This document shows positions 54,965-64,000 of a DNA stretch of 64,000 nucleotides, one piece after another; positions within the stretch are counted from its first letter, which is position 1; each line of letters opens with the position of its first letter. The DNA lies in NCBI GenBank assembly GCA_035430125.1, contig DAOMGC010000004.1:36037-100036 (forward strand), written 5' to 3'. The position numbers and the translations under genes are program-made. Below the pieces are notes generated by a model. The model was not told the DNA's origin, made no database searches, and saw nothing but the letters and a program-made list of their open reading frames with translations. The stretch is from Cyclobacteriaceae bacterium. Its GTDB lineage: Bacteria > Bacteroidota > Bacteroidia > Cytophagales > Cyclobacteriaceae.

Positions 54965-57817
54965 ATGGCGAAACCAATCCGTAATACTCCTCCTCCGGCT
55001 GATGCCACCGGCCATGACGTGATCGAAATCGTCGGCGCCAGAGAACATAACCTCAAGAATGTCAGTGTCAGCATCCCGAGAAACAAATTGGTGGTGATTA
55101 CGGGTATAAGTGGGAGTGGCAAATCATCCCTGGCCTTTGACACGCTTTACGCGGAAGGTCAGCGCCGCTACATGGAAAGCTTCTCTGCATATGCCCGCAG
55201 CTTTATTGGCAACCTGGAGCGACCTGACGTTGACAAGATCAACGGCCTGAGCCCGGTTATATCCATCGAACAAAAAACAACCTCGCGAAATCCCCGCTCT
55301 ACGGTGGGTACGGTCACGGAAATCTATGACTTCATGCGCCTGCTCTTTGCCAGGGCCGGAGAAGCATTCTCCTATCTCTCCGGAAACAAGATGGTGCGAC
55401 AGTCTGAGGATCAGATCATCAATAACCTGATTCAACAATTCAAGGGAAGGAAATTGACACTGCTGGCACCCGTGGTCCGGGGCAGAAAAGGGCATTACCG
55501 GGAGCTTTTTGTTCAGATCCGAAAGAGTGGATATGCCAAGGTCCGGATTGATGGTTCCGTTGAAGAGATAACGGCCAAGATGCAGGTGGACCGCTATAAG
55601 ATCCACGACATTGAAGTCGTCATTGACCGCATCGTGCCGGATGAAAAGGACCGCTACCGCATCGCACAATCTGTGGCCCTGGCGCTTAAGGAGGGGAAAG
55701 GCGTGATGATGGCTTTGGAGGACAATAACAAGGTTCACCATTTCTCCAAATACCTCATGGACCCTACCACAGGATTGTCCTATGATGAGCCTGCGCCAAA
55801 TCTTTTTTCATTCAACTCACCCTATGGTGCATGTCCATCCTGTGCGGGCCTCGGTGTTATCGAAGAAATCACCGAAGAGTCGGTGATGCCTAACAAAAAA
55901 GTAAGCATCGCACGGGGCGGCATTCTTCCCCTCGGAGAATACCGGGATATCTGGATCTTCAAAAAGATTGAAGCCATCCTCAAGCGTCATAAGTTTTCCT
56001 TGAGCACCCCGTTGCAGGATATACCGGCCGAAGTGATCAAGACACTCTTGTATGGTGATGATGTGCCGGTGGCTGTAGCATCTGTAAAGTATCCGGGCAC
56101 AGAATGGAATACACGCTTCGAAGGAATAATTAATTTTCTTGAAAAGCAGCGCGATGAAGGATCGGACTCGATTCGGAAGTGGGCTGAAGACTTCACCGTA
56201 GTGAAAACTTGTCCGGAATGCCAGGGCGCCCGCCTGAAGAAGGAATCCCTATATATTAAAATTGACGGGAAGAATATTTCCGAACTGGCGCGCCTCGACA
56301 TTCAGGAGTTGAGTCGGTGGATGACTGGCCTTGAAGATCGACTCAATGACAAGCAACGGGTGATTGCATCCGAAGTGCTCAAAGAAATCCGCAAGCGCAT
56401 CGGCTTTTTACTGGATGTGGGGTTGGAATATCTCAACCTTGATCGCCCCCTGCGTACCCTGAGTGGCGGCGAGGCGCAACGGATCCGGTTGGCAACTCAA
56501 ATCGGAACGCAATTGGTGGGTGTACTGTACATCCTTGACGAACCCAGCATTGGCTTGCACGCCAGGGATAACGTGAAATTGATTAAGGCCTTACAGGACC
56601 TTCGGGACCTGGGCAATTCCGTGGTAGTCGTGGAGCATGATAAGGACATGATGCTGGCATCAGACTATGTGATCGATGTGGGCCCTGGCGCTGGACGACA
56701 TGGTGGGCAGGTTGTTGCAGCAGGCACACCCTCGTATTTCCTGACCAACAGCAGCACTACCTCCAGGTATCTGAACGGGAGCTTGTCAATCCCGTACCTT
56801 AAGAAGAAGCGAGCCGGCAATGGTCAGGCACTTTCTCTAAAAGGTGCTAGCGGGAATAACCTTAAGAACATTGACCTGAAACTTGAGTTGGGCACATTCA
56901 CTTGTGTTACTGGGGTATCGGGCAGTGGGAAGTCAACCTTGATTCATGATACGCTATTCCCCATTTTAAACAAGCATTTCTTTCATGCCCATGCGGAGCC
57001 ATTGCCTTTCAAGAAAGTAGATGGCCTTCACCATATTGATAAGGTAATAGAAGTAGATCAGTCACCAATTGGTCGCACTCCACGATCTAATCCAGCCACG
57101 TACACCACAGTCTTTTCAGACATCCGGGACCTCTTTGCTCAACTCCCCGAAGCAAAAATCAGGGGCTATAAACCAGGACGGTTTTCATTCAATGTGAAAG
57201 GCGGACGTTGTGAAACGTGCGAAGGTGCGGGCCTCCGTCTCATCGAAATGGAATTTCTGCCGGATGTTTATGTACACTGCGAAACCTGTAAGGGCAAACG
57301 CTATAACCGGGAAACACTGGAAGTCAGGTTCAAGGGAAAATCAATTTCAGATGTGCTCGACATGACGGTGGAGGAGGCGGTGGTCTTTTTTGAGAACCAA
57401 CCCAAGATCCTTCGAAAAATTGAAACCCTTAATGATGTGGGCCTGGGATACATCTCACTGGGGCAACATGCTACCACCCTGTCGGGTGGCGAAGCGCAAC
57501 GGGTAAAACTCGCGACCGAATTGTCCAAGCGCGATACCGGCAAGACATTATATATCCTCGACGAACCGACAACAGGATTGCATTTTCAGGACATCTCGCA
57601 TCTCCTGGATGTGTTGCAAAAGCTCGTTGATAAAGGAAATACGGTGCTGGTCATAGAGCACAACATGGATATTATCAAATCGGCCGATCGGTTGATTGAC
57701 CTGGGTCCGGAAGGTGGCGCAAAAGGGGGAAGAATTGTTGCCATGGGTACTCCTGAAGATGTGGCCAGGAACCCGGCAAGTTATACCGGCAGGTACCTGA
57801 AGCCGGAACTGCAGTAG
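54965..57817 (+). CDS. uvrA: excinuclease ABC subunit A
   Basis: 950 aa. Two ABC modules (GISGSGKSS, GVSGSGKST, LSGGEAQR x2) and zinc fingers (CPSC, CPEC, CETCEG...CETCKG). Confidence 0.95.
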   Translation: MAKPIRNTPPPADATGHDVIEIVGAREHNLKNVSVSIPRNKLVVITGISGSGKSSLAFDTLYAEGQRRYMESFSAYARSFIGNLERPDVDKINGLSPVISIEQKTTSRNPRSTVGTVTEIYDFMRLLFARAGEAFSYLSGNKMVRQSEDQIINNLIQQFKGRKLTLLAPVVRGRKGHYRELFVQIRKSGYAKVRIDGSVEEITAKMQVDRYKIHDIEVVIDRIVPDEKDRYRIAQSVALALKEGKGVMMALEDNNKVHHFSKYLMDPTTGLSYDEPAPNLFSFNSPYGACPSCAGLGVIEEITEESVMPNKKVSIARGGILPLGEYRDIWIFKKIEAILKRHKFSLSTPLQDIPAEVIKTLLYGDDVPVAVASVKYPGTEWNTRFEGIINFLEKQRDEGSDSIRKWAEDFTVVKTCPECQGARLKKESLYIKIDGKNISELARLDIQELSRWMTGLEDRLNDKQRVIASEVLKEIRKRIGFLLDVGLEYLNLDRPLRTLSGGEAQRIRLATQIGTQLVGVLYILDEPSIGLHARDNVKLIKALQDLRDLGNSVVVVEHDKDMMLASDYVIDVGPGAGRHGGQVVAAGTPSYFLTNSSTTSRYLNGSLSIPYLKKKRAGNGQALSLKGASGNNLKNIDLKLELGTFTCVTGVSGSGKSTLIHDTLFPILNKHFFHAHAEPLPFKKVDGLHHIDKVIEVDQSPIGRTPRSNPATYTTVFSDIRDLFAQLPEAKIRGYKPGRFSFNVKGGRCETCEGAGLRLIEMEFLPDVYVHCETCKGKRYNRETLEVRFKGKSISDVLDMTVEEAVVFFENQPKILRKIETLNDVGLGYISLGQHATTLSGGEAQRVKLATELSKRDTGKTLYILDEPTTGLHFQDISHLLDVLQKLVDKGNTVLVIEHNMDIIKSADRLIDLGPEGGAKGGRIVAMGTPEDVARNPASYTGRYLKPELQ

Positions 57818-57870
57818 GGAATGGACTCAACCGCCCGTAAAACAGGGCTATCCACCTTTTTGCTTATTTC

Positions 57871-57878
57871 TACCTTTG
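57871..57878 (+). promoter_or_regulatory. candidate -7 promoter box (TACCTTTG)
   Basis: TAnnTTTG 7 nt upstream of the 57886 ATG, implying a leaderless or very short leader. Confidence 0.3.
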
Positions 57879-57885
57879 CCGTAAC

Positions 57886-58923
57886 ATGGTAAACAAAACA
57901 CGGTTATACTGGACGCTGCAGGTGGGAGGCTGGACATTTTATGCCTTCCTGCAGATCATCGTTTCCATGTTTGCTTCCAATCAGGGGGTAAGCACCCAGC
58001 GAATCATCTTCCTGGTATATGAAGCATTCTTCTGCCTGTTGCTGAGCCACGGGTTCCGCAACCTGATCAACCGCCGTCGCTGGCTTGACCAAGGCATGTC
58101 CATCCTGATTCCACGGGTAATCCTGAGCGTAGTCATCCTGGGGCTTATCATGTACTTTCTCCGGGTGCCGATTTCCCTTCCGCTGGGACTGTTCAGTAAT
58201 AAGGTCGCCTTCGATATCAAGAACATCATTGGTCTCAGCTTTATCTATGCGTTTATCTTCTTCCTGTGGTGTGTGTTGTACTTCATCTACAATTATTTTG
58301 AACGATACAATACATCTCTCAAACTTGAGGCCTCAGCCAAGGAAATAGAATTGAATAACCTGAAGTCTCAGCTGAACCCCCATTTTATTTTTAATGCCCT
58401 GAACAGCATCAGGGCCCTGGTGGACGAAAATCCGGTAAAGAGTAAGCAGGCTATTAATCAGCTCTCGAACATCCTTCGCAACTCGTTGACCACAGGAAAG
58501 CGCGGATTGACCCGCTTTGAAGATGAACTCAAAATCGTCAACGACTACCTGGGCCTGGAGAGCATTCGCTTTGAAGAACGATTGCAAACAACGTTTGATA
58601 TCGATCCTGCCTCCCGCGATTTTCTGGTTCCCCCCCTGATGATCCAGACGCTCGTTGAGAATGGCATCAAACACGGCATAGCGAAACTTACAGCTGGCGG
58701 CGTAGTGCAGATAAAATCCTCTGTGGTAAACGATCGCCTGAGCATACAAATCAGAAACAGCGGACATTACCTGAACGGAAACAGGCGTGAAGGTGGTGGC
58801 CTGGGATTGCAAAACACCAAGCAGCGCCTGAAACTGATTTATGGCGATAAAGCCTCATTTCGAATACTCTCCGAAAACAATACTTTTGTTTTAACTGAAT
58901 TGGAAATACCGCATTTGCGCTAA
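57886..58923 (+). CDS. LytS/YehU-type sensor histidine kinase
   Basis: 345 aa. About 4 TM helices, then a His_kinase motif LNPHFIFNALNSI and HATPase (ENGIKHG, GGGLGLQN). Confidence 0.85.
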   Translation: MVNKTRLYWTLQVGGWTFYAFLQIIVSMFASNQGVSTQRIIFLVYEAFFCLLLSHGFRNLINRRRWLDQGMSILIPRVILSVVILGLIMYFLRVPISLPLGLFSNKVAFDIKNIIGLSFIYAFIFFLWCVLYFIYNYFERYNTSLKLEASAKEIELNNLKSQLNPHFIFNALNSIRALVDENPVKSKQAINQLSNILRNSLTTGKRGLTRFEDELKIVNDYLGLESIRFEERLQTTFDIDPASRDFLVPPLMIQTLVENGIKHGIAKLTAGGVVQIKSSVVNDRLSIQIRNSGHYLNGNRREGGGLGLQNTKQRLKLIYGDKASFRILSENNTFVLTELEIPHLR

Positions 58924-58958
58924 TGATTTAATGTAATTTTCACGATAAGACCGAAACC

Positions 58959-59675
58959 ATGAAAGCCCTGATTGTTGATGATGAGCGGTTGGCCCGCAAA
59001 GAATTGATGAAGTTGTTGGAGGAGCATCCTTCCATCGAGATCGTTGGTGAAGCCCAGAACGCGGATGAAGCTGAGCAAATGATAACCGACCTGAACCCTG
59101 ATTTGCTCTTCCTGGATATTCAAATGCCCGGTCGTACTGGCTTTCAGTTGCTCGAATCCCTCGACACGGTGCCCCTCGTGGTATTTACCACAGCTTACGA
59201 TGAGTTTGCCATCAAGGCTTTCGAAGTAAGTGCATTGGATTATTTGCTTAAGCCGATTACCGCAGAACGACTCGCCGAGGCTGTTCATAAAATTCAGGAG
59301 AAAGAACGCACACGCTCTGGCAAAGGCCGTGATCAGAAGCTGGGCCTCGAGGACCAGGTCTTTGTCAAAGACGGTGAGCGCTGCTGGTTCGTGAGCCTGG
59401 CCAATATCCGATTGTTCGAGTCCGATGGCAATTATATCAAAGTGTACTTTGATACCAACCGCCCCATGATTCACAAATCACTCAATGCATTGGACGAGAA
59501 ACTAGATGAGCGTGCTTTTTTCCGGGCAAGCCGCAAGCACATTGTTAACCTGAGCTGGGTAGAGGGGATAGAGCCGTGGTTCAACGGTGGGCTGATGGTA
59601 AAACTCCGGGGAGGCGACAAGGTGGAGGTAAGCCGTCGCCAGGCTGCCAAATTTAAGGATATGATGAGTTTGTAA
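58959..59675 (+). CDS. LytR/AlgR-family response regulator (REC + LytTR)
   Basis: 238 aa. IVDDE, FLDIQMP and a LytTR domain (FFRASRKHIVNLSWV). Confidence 0.9.
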   Translation: MKALIVDDERLARKELMKLLEEHPSIEIVGEAQNADEAEQMITDLNPDLLFLDIQMPGRTGFQLLESLDTVPLVVFTTAYDEFAIKAFEVSALDYLLKPITAERLAEAVHKIQEKERTRSGKGRDQKLGLEDQVFVKDGERCWFVSLANIRLFESDGNYIKVYFDTNRPMIHKSLNALDEKLDERAFFRASRKHIVNLSWVEGIEPWFNGGLMVKLRGGDKVEVSRRQAAKFKDMMSL

Positions 59676-59678
59676 TCG

Positions 59679-62174
59679 CTAATGGTTCGGCTGACGATAA
59701 CGAACAGTAAATGTTCCCTTTGGTCTTTGGGCGATCAAGAAATAGGGGATCCAGATGACCGCAGCAATAATGGCACGGCTAAGGGTGCTGTAGGTCTCAG
59801 ATTCTGCATTCAGATCCAACCAGTTGGCCACCATCAAATCTGCCCCCTGCAGCAATAGGTTGAATACATAGTATCCAATAAACAGATAGGGCACACTGGT
59901 TCTACGCTGAAACATCAGCCATGCCAGATAGCACGTATATGTTATCAAGCCTACGTTAAGTACGAATTCAGCGAGAACATATGTGTATAAACGTGATGAG
60001 TCAGAAAACAGACCGCTCCAGGTACTGTAGATGAAATAAATCCCATCAGACTCTGCAAATATCTGAAATATCATAATGAAGGGTGTCACACAAATCCCAA
60101 ATGCTGGCAAGATGAGCCATCCACCAATTTGTGCGTATTGTTCACTTGAAATCTGAACTTCAGGATCCCACCGGTGCGCCCTCATCAAGAAGAAAATTGT
60201 AAGCCCAACGACTACAAATAGAATGATCAGATATGGATAGTTGAAGGCTGCTTGGCTGGAAGAACGCTCATCGTTATAGGTAATTGAAAAAGTCAAATGA
60301 TCATTTATTTCCTCCAATCGATTTACGTGATTTTTTATTTCATCAGGATTGATTGATGATTTCAGTGACTGATAATGGTGAGTAAGTTCGATAATGACGT
60401 CTTCCTCTTTGTAATTTACCTTTGAGCGATATGTAAAAGCCGGCGACTCAACTTCACGCACCAGGGTTTCAACATTCCAAGGTTCGGGCATCTTTAAATC
60501 TATTTCCTGTGTAAAATCCAATGGATGCGAAATGGAGAATGGGTTTTTCCTCAGGATGGTATTTGGTTTAGCGAGAAGCCCCGCCATGCTTCGGGGATAT
60601 ATCTCGACTTTATACTCATTTTTCATGGAATCATACTCCCAGAATGAAGCTATCTGATATGCTTCATGAGAAACGATTACGTTATTGGTAGCATCATCGC
60701 TCCACGTGATGGGCCCTTTGAGACTAATATCCTGATAGTCGCCTGCATAAAAGTTCAAGTATTGCCTTGAAATTTCTTCTTTGCTGTTGGAGCCAAAGTA
60801 ACTGCGAACGTTATCTGCAGCAGATCCTGAATAGGTTGTTGTGACCGTAAGATTTGCGTTTCCGCCAACGCGATCCAAATCAAAAACCTCATGGGTGATT
60901 GTCTTGGATGTCGTGGCCTCCGGCATAGGGACCAGTGACCTAAAGTCAGGATCGAGTACCAAACCAAAATAATAGTTTGGAACTGTCCGTTTTGAAAGAA
61001 TGCCCCGCTGTAGAGAAATTGTCGGGTCTATCCAATAAATGGAATCTTGGATCTCAAAGCGTACAATACAGTGATCAAAATAGGGAGATGGCAGATAGTC
61101 GGGCAATGTTTTCCCGGACCTTGTATCCACCAGCACGGGTTGACTCTTCACTCCTAATTCGTTCAGCAATGAAACAAGCAGAAACGACTTGTCCTTACAA
61201 TCACCAAATCGCTGCCGGAGCACATCGGATGGTAAATGTGGCTTGTACCCATGAATTCCGTCTGATAGGGACAGATATCGTATCTCATCTTGCACAAATT
61301 CTATAAGACGTACGATTGCTTTATCCCGAGGCAGCCCCTGAATACCCTCAATTCTGTCAAGCAGTCGTTCATCAGGCTTCTTAAATAAGGCGGCGCCCCA
61401 CACAGCCACTTCATGCCAACTGCCATAATCTCCAATCTGAACATGTTGATATGGATCATGCCATCCTGGCGTAGACTCCTCGCTGAGTAATGCAGGGACT
61501 TGATCGAGACTCCATTCGTAGACTTTATAACCATGGTCCTCTGTTATCTGTGGCGCCGGAGGGTGATTGAATGAGCGTAATTCGAATTTCTTAGCAGCGG
61601 ACGTTATAAATCGCACTGAAATCCGCCCGATCGGCATAGCATAGTTGAAATAGAAATATCGAGAAGTATGGTCTCCAAAAACCGGATTTGTGCCAGTTAC
61701 AGTCCAAGCATATTCCAGCACGTCTCCAACCTGTAAATCCTGAATCTGAAAGATGGCAGTTAGACTTTTGTCATAAATTGATCTATCCATGCTGGTTTCC
61801 CGGCGGATAACCTCAAACTTACCCATCGACAGTTGATTAATCTTGCGACCATTTCGATAAACATTAATGAAATGAACCGCAAGGTTTTGATAACTGGGAT
61901 CGAACGATCGACTAAGGGTGGAGATATTCTCCAGGCCCTTCTCAGAAATCACCTGCTGCGCTGCATGATAATAACTCTCGCGACTCGCACTATTAACCTG
62001 CTCATCACTAAGCAAATCATAATACCCGCCTGAGGTACCGGAAGTGTCATTAGCGTGAATGCCCTCAAACGTAACTGGTTTTACCCAACCCGAAGGTGGC
62101 AAAACCTTTACCTGATATGACTGCGCCACCAGGGTATGGCTGGTAAGAAGAAACAATCCGAGAAAGAATCGCAT
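59679..62174 (-). CDS. DUF3857 / transglutaminase-like protein fused to a C-terminal multi-TM (DUF2569-like) domain
   Basis: Start at 62174 gives signal peptide MRFFLGLFLLTSHTLVAQ. Transglutaminase-core Cys (FGDCKDKS), His (FDHCIV) and Asp (WIDPT). The last ~190 aa carry 5-6 TM helices starting at IGGWLILPAFG. Confidence 0.8.
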   Translation of the reverse strand: MRFFLGLFLLTSHTLVAQSYQVKVLPPSGWVKPVTFEGIHANDTSGTSGGYYDLLSDEQVNSASRESYYHAAQQVISEKGLENISTLSRSFDPSYQNLAVHFINVYRNGRKINQLSMGKFEVIRRETSMDRSIYDKSLTAIFQIQDLQVGDVLEYAWTVTGTNPVFGDHTSRYFYFNYAMPIGRISVRFITSAAKKFELRSFNHPPAPQITEDHGYKVYEWSLDQVPALLSEESTPGWHDPYQHVQIGDYGSWHEVAVWGAALFKKPDERLLDRIEGIQGLPRDKAIVRLIEFVQDEIRYLSLSDGIHGYKPHLPSDVLRQRFGDCKDKSFLLVSLLNELGVKSQPVLVDTRSGKTLPDYLPSPYFDHCIVRFEIQDSIYWIDPTISLQRGILSKRTVPNYYFGLVLDPDFRSLVPMPEATTSKTITHEVFDLDRVGGNANLTVTTTYSGSAADNVRSYFGSNSKEEISRQYLNFYAGDYQDISLKGPITWSDDATNNVIVSHEAYQIASFWEYDSMKNEYKVEIYPRSMAGLLAKPNTILRKNPFSISHPLDFTQEIDLKMPEPWNVETLVREVESPAFTYRSKVNYKEEDVIIELTHHYQSLKSSINPDEIKNHVNRLEEINDHLTFSITYNDERSSSQAAFNYPYLIILFVVVGLTIFFLMRAHRWDPEVQISSEQYAQIGGWLILPAFGICVTPFIMIFQIFAESDGIYFIYSTWSGLFSDSSRLYTYVLAEFVLNVGLITYTCYLAWLMFQRRTSVPYLFIGYYVFNLLLQGADLMVANWLDLNAESETYSTLSRAIIAAVIWIPYFLIAQRPKGTFTVRYRQPNH

Positions 62175-62182
62175 GTGGGTGT

Positions 62183-62548
62183 TTATTTCATCACCAAATC
62201 CACCAGCTCCTTCTCCACTTTCCAATCACGAGCCAGTTTAAGCATAGCTGTTGCTTCCATCTCGGTGACGTAGCCTTTGAGGTTGTTGGATTCCCAAACC
62301 ATATTAATCAACTCAACCCGCTTCTCTTTGGTATAGTCACCAATAATGTCATTGAGAAATGTGCGTGCACGCTCGAATGAGGTAAGCTGGTCCTTTTCAA
62401 TGAAATCAACCGCCCACTTCAACTCTTCAGCAGCGCTCAATCGGTCTGCTACTTCTTCCAGGTCTACCTTTTCTTCCGGATCCAATCCGTGGTAGTAGAA
62501 GATAACCGCCTTCAGCAGCAAATAAACACGCTTTTCCTCTGAGGTCAT
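62183..62548 (-). CDS. hypothetical small acidic helical protein (possibly TerB-like)
   Basis: 121 aa ORF, 8 nt upstream of the preferred start of the next gene. The function call is weak. Confidence 0.45.
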   Translation of the reverse strand: MTSEEKRVYLLLKAVIFYYHGLDPEEKVDLEEVADRLSAAEELKWAVDFIEKDQLTSFERARTFLNDIIGDYTKEKRVELINMVWESNNLKGYVTEMEATAMLKLARDWKVEKELVDLVMK

Positions 62549-62605
62549 TGGGGGTAATGAATGCTCAAATTAACACGTTGGGCCGGAACTCCAAAGTTGT
62601 ACTGA

Positions 62606-63733
62606 TCAGCCCTCCACCATCAGGTCCTCAATCAACTGGTCTGCCAGGAGTTTTCCAGACCTGGTCAGTCGCATCACCGTACCCACCATCACCACAAGTT
62701 GCTGATCAACCAACCGGGATATGTATCCTTGTCGGGTTGCCAACAATGGTTCATTCCACCGCTGCAGAATAATATTAAAGTCACATCCATGCGAGGTGCG
62801 CAGGGAGGTGAGCAGGTACTCGTTGATTTGATTCGATCGGGTGAGAATTTCCCGTTCGGCAGGAACTACCCCACTTTGAATAGAACGCACATATTGAGGG
62901 TTATTCCTAATGTTAAATTGTCGGGTCGTCCCGTCGAATGAATGAGCACTTGGTCCGATTCCCAGATAAGGAACGCCCGCCCAATAGCTGCTGTTGTGTT
63001 TCGATTCAAATCCAGGCTTGCTGAAGTTTGAAATCTCATAATGTTCATAACCTGCCGCAGACAGGACGTCCATCAGGCGCTCAAACTGACGGGCAGCTAT
63101 TTCCTCCTGTGCAGGTACCAACTTGCCCCGCTTTTTCCAATTGCCAAATACGGTGCGCTCTTCGATGGTGAGCGCATATGACGATATGTGTTCTGGTGAA
63201 AATCCAATGGCCTCTTGCAACTCATCTGCCCACGACTCTTCACCATGGCCGGGTATGGCATAAATGAGATCAATGCTGATATTTTCGAATCCGGCGTGCC
63301 GAGCATCATGAAGACATTGCCTGGCCCGGTCCGCGTCGTGAACGCGGTGAAGAAACCGGAGTGTGTTTGGATCAAAAGATTGTATGCCTATGCTCAACCG
63401 ATTGACGCCTACCTGATGAAGATCCTTCAGATGTTCAGGAGTCAGGTCGTCTGGATTGGCTTCCAGGGTTATCTCGGCAGTTGCATCGAGTAAATAATTC
63501 TTTCGAACCGCATCCATCAACCCGGACAACTCGTCACCTGTGAGCAACGAAGGTGTTCCACCGCCAAAGTACAGCGTGCGAATGGGTTCATTGGTATAGT
63601 TCTTTTGTAATTCAAGTTCGCACATCATCGCCTGGATCAACTCCCTGCGTTCATGGGTATTCGTTGAAAAATGAAAATCGCAGTAATAGCAGGCCTGACG
63701 GCAGAAGGGAATGTGAAGGTAAAGTCCGGCCAT
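62606..63733 (-). CDS. hemW: radical SAM heme chaperone / coproporphyrinogen III oxidase-like (HemW/HemN family)
   Basis: Start at 63733 (MAGLYLHIPFCRQACYYCDF) with a CxxxCxxC radical-SAM cluster motif. YFGGGTPS and a HemN_C-like C-terminus. Confidence 0.85.
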   Translation of the reverse strand: MAGLYLHIPFCRQACYYCDFHFSTNTHERRELIQAMMCELELQKNYTNEPIRTLYFGGGTPSLLTGDELSGLMDAVRKNYLLDATAEITLEANPDDLTPEHLKDLHQVGVNRLSIGIQSFDPNTLRFLHRVHDADRARQCLHDARHAGFENISIDLIYAIPGHGEESWADELQEAIGFSPEHISSYALTIEERTVFGNWKKRGKLVPAQEEIAARQFERLMDVLSAAGYEHYEISNFSKPGFESKHNSSYWAGVPYLGIGPSAHSFDGTTRQFNIRNNPQYVRSIQSGVVPAEREILTRSNQINEYLLTSLRTSHGCDFNIILQRWNEPLLATRQGYISRLVDQQLVVMVGTVMRLTRSGKLLADQLIEDLMVEG

Positions 63734-64000
63734 GCGTGAATTTGCGAATAGTTTTTTCGGTATTGGTGTCGCTTTGGAATATTTTTGACCCGTGCTACGC
63801 ATTCTCCTCCTTCTCTTCGTTTGTCAAATCGGCCTGGCTGCACCCTATGTGGTAAAGAACCTTCGTCCCGATTGGAGGGCGCACACCACACATGGTTATC
63901 AATCAATGTCCCACCCGAGCGACAAGCTTGCTGCTATCTATTTTGAAATTGACGCCACGCGCTATCCAGGCCACCACCTTTCAGTGAAGGACTCCGCCCC

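Noticed and set aside
1-64000. Search for CRISPR arrays, tandem repeats, IS elements, prophage or defence islands.
   Set aside because: All intergenic gaps are under about 290 bp and none contains regularly spaced repeats. No transposase, integrase, Cas, restriction, toxin-antitoxin or phage structural motifs were recognised in any frame.
63906-64000. A short open frame at the window edge (MSHPSDKLAAIYFEIDATRYPGHHLSVKDSA...).
   Set aside because: Only about 31 codons are visible and I recognise no motif. I cannot tell a real gene start from noise, so it is left unannotated.

Overview
This is a densely coding chromosomal segment that I infer to be from a Bacteroidota genome. The inference rests on TAnnTTTG-type -7 promoter boxes 7-20 nt upstream of many starts, a Rho with a long low-complexity N-terminal insertion, and many PD40/OmpA, DUF3857, DUF2911 and LytTR-type proteins. 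G+C is roughly 50% by eye. I call about 57 protein genes and one tRNA-His. Most genes are housekeeping: dxs 3' end, pyrC, rho, serS, mutS, purM, gpmI, nadC, recX, tag, prmA, prfA, uvrA, hemW and two DEAD-box helicases. I saw no CRISPR array, rRNA, transposase, integrase, phage gene or recognisable defence gene, and no intergenic gap exceeds about 290 bp. Seven things merit a second look. (1) A type III polyketide synthase cluster (methyltransferase, T3PKS, divergent UbiA prenyltransferase, FAD oxidoreductase) at 44.3-49.3 kb. (2) A membrane-anchored LytTR one-component regulator flanked by GTTCACCCC direct repeats. (3) An orphan HisA-like barrel whose N-terminal catalytic Asp is replaced by Ala. 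(4) A tightly packed DinB-like / ATP-grasp / LysE operon. (5) A 1574-aa secreted protein with no recognisable domains. (6) An apparently low-GC DUF3857-transglutaminase fused to a multi-TM domain. (7) 9 of 12 convergent gene junctions overlap or are at most 6 nt apart. I found no convincing evidence of a wholly new system. The PKS cluster and the LytTR module are the best candidates, and both need comparative or experimental checks.
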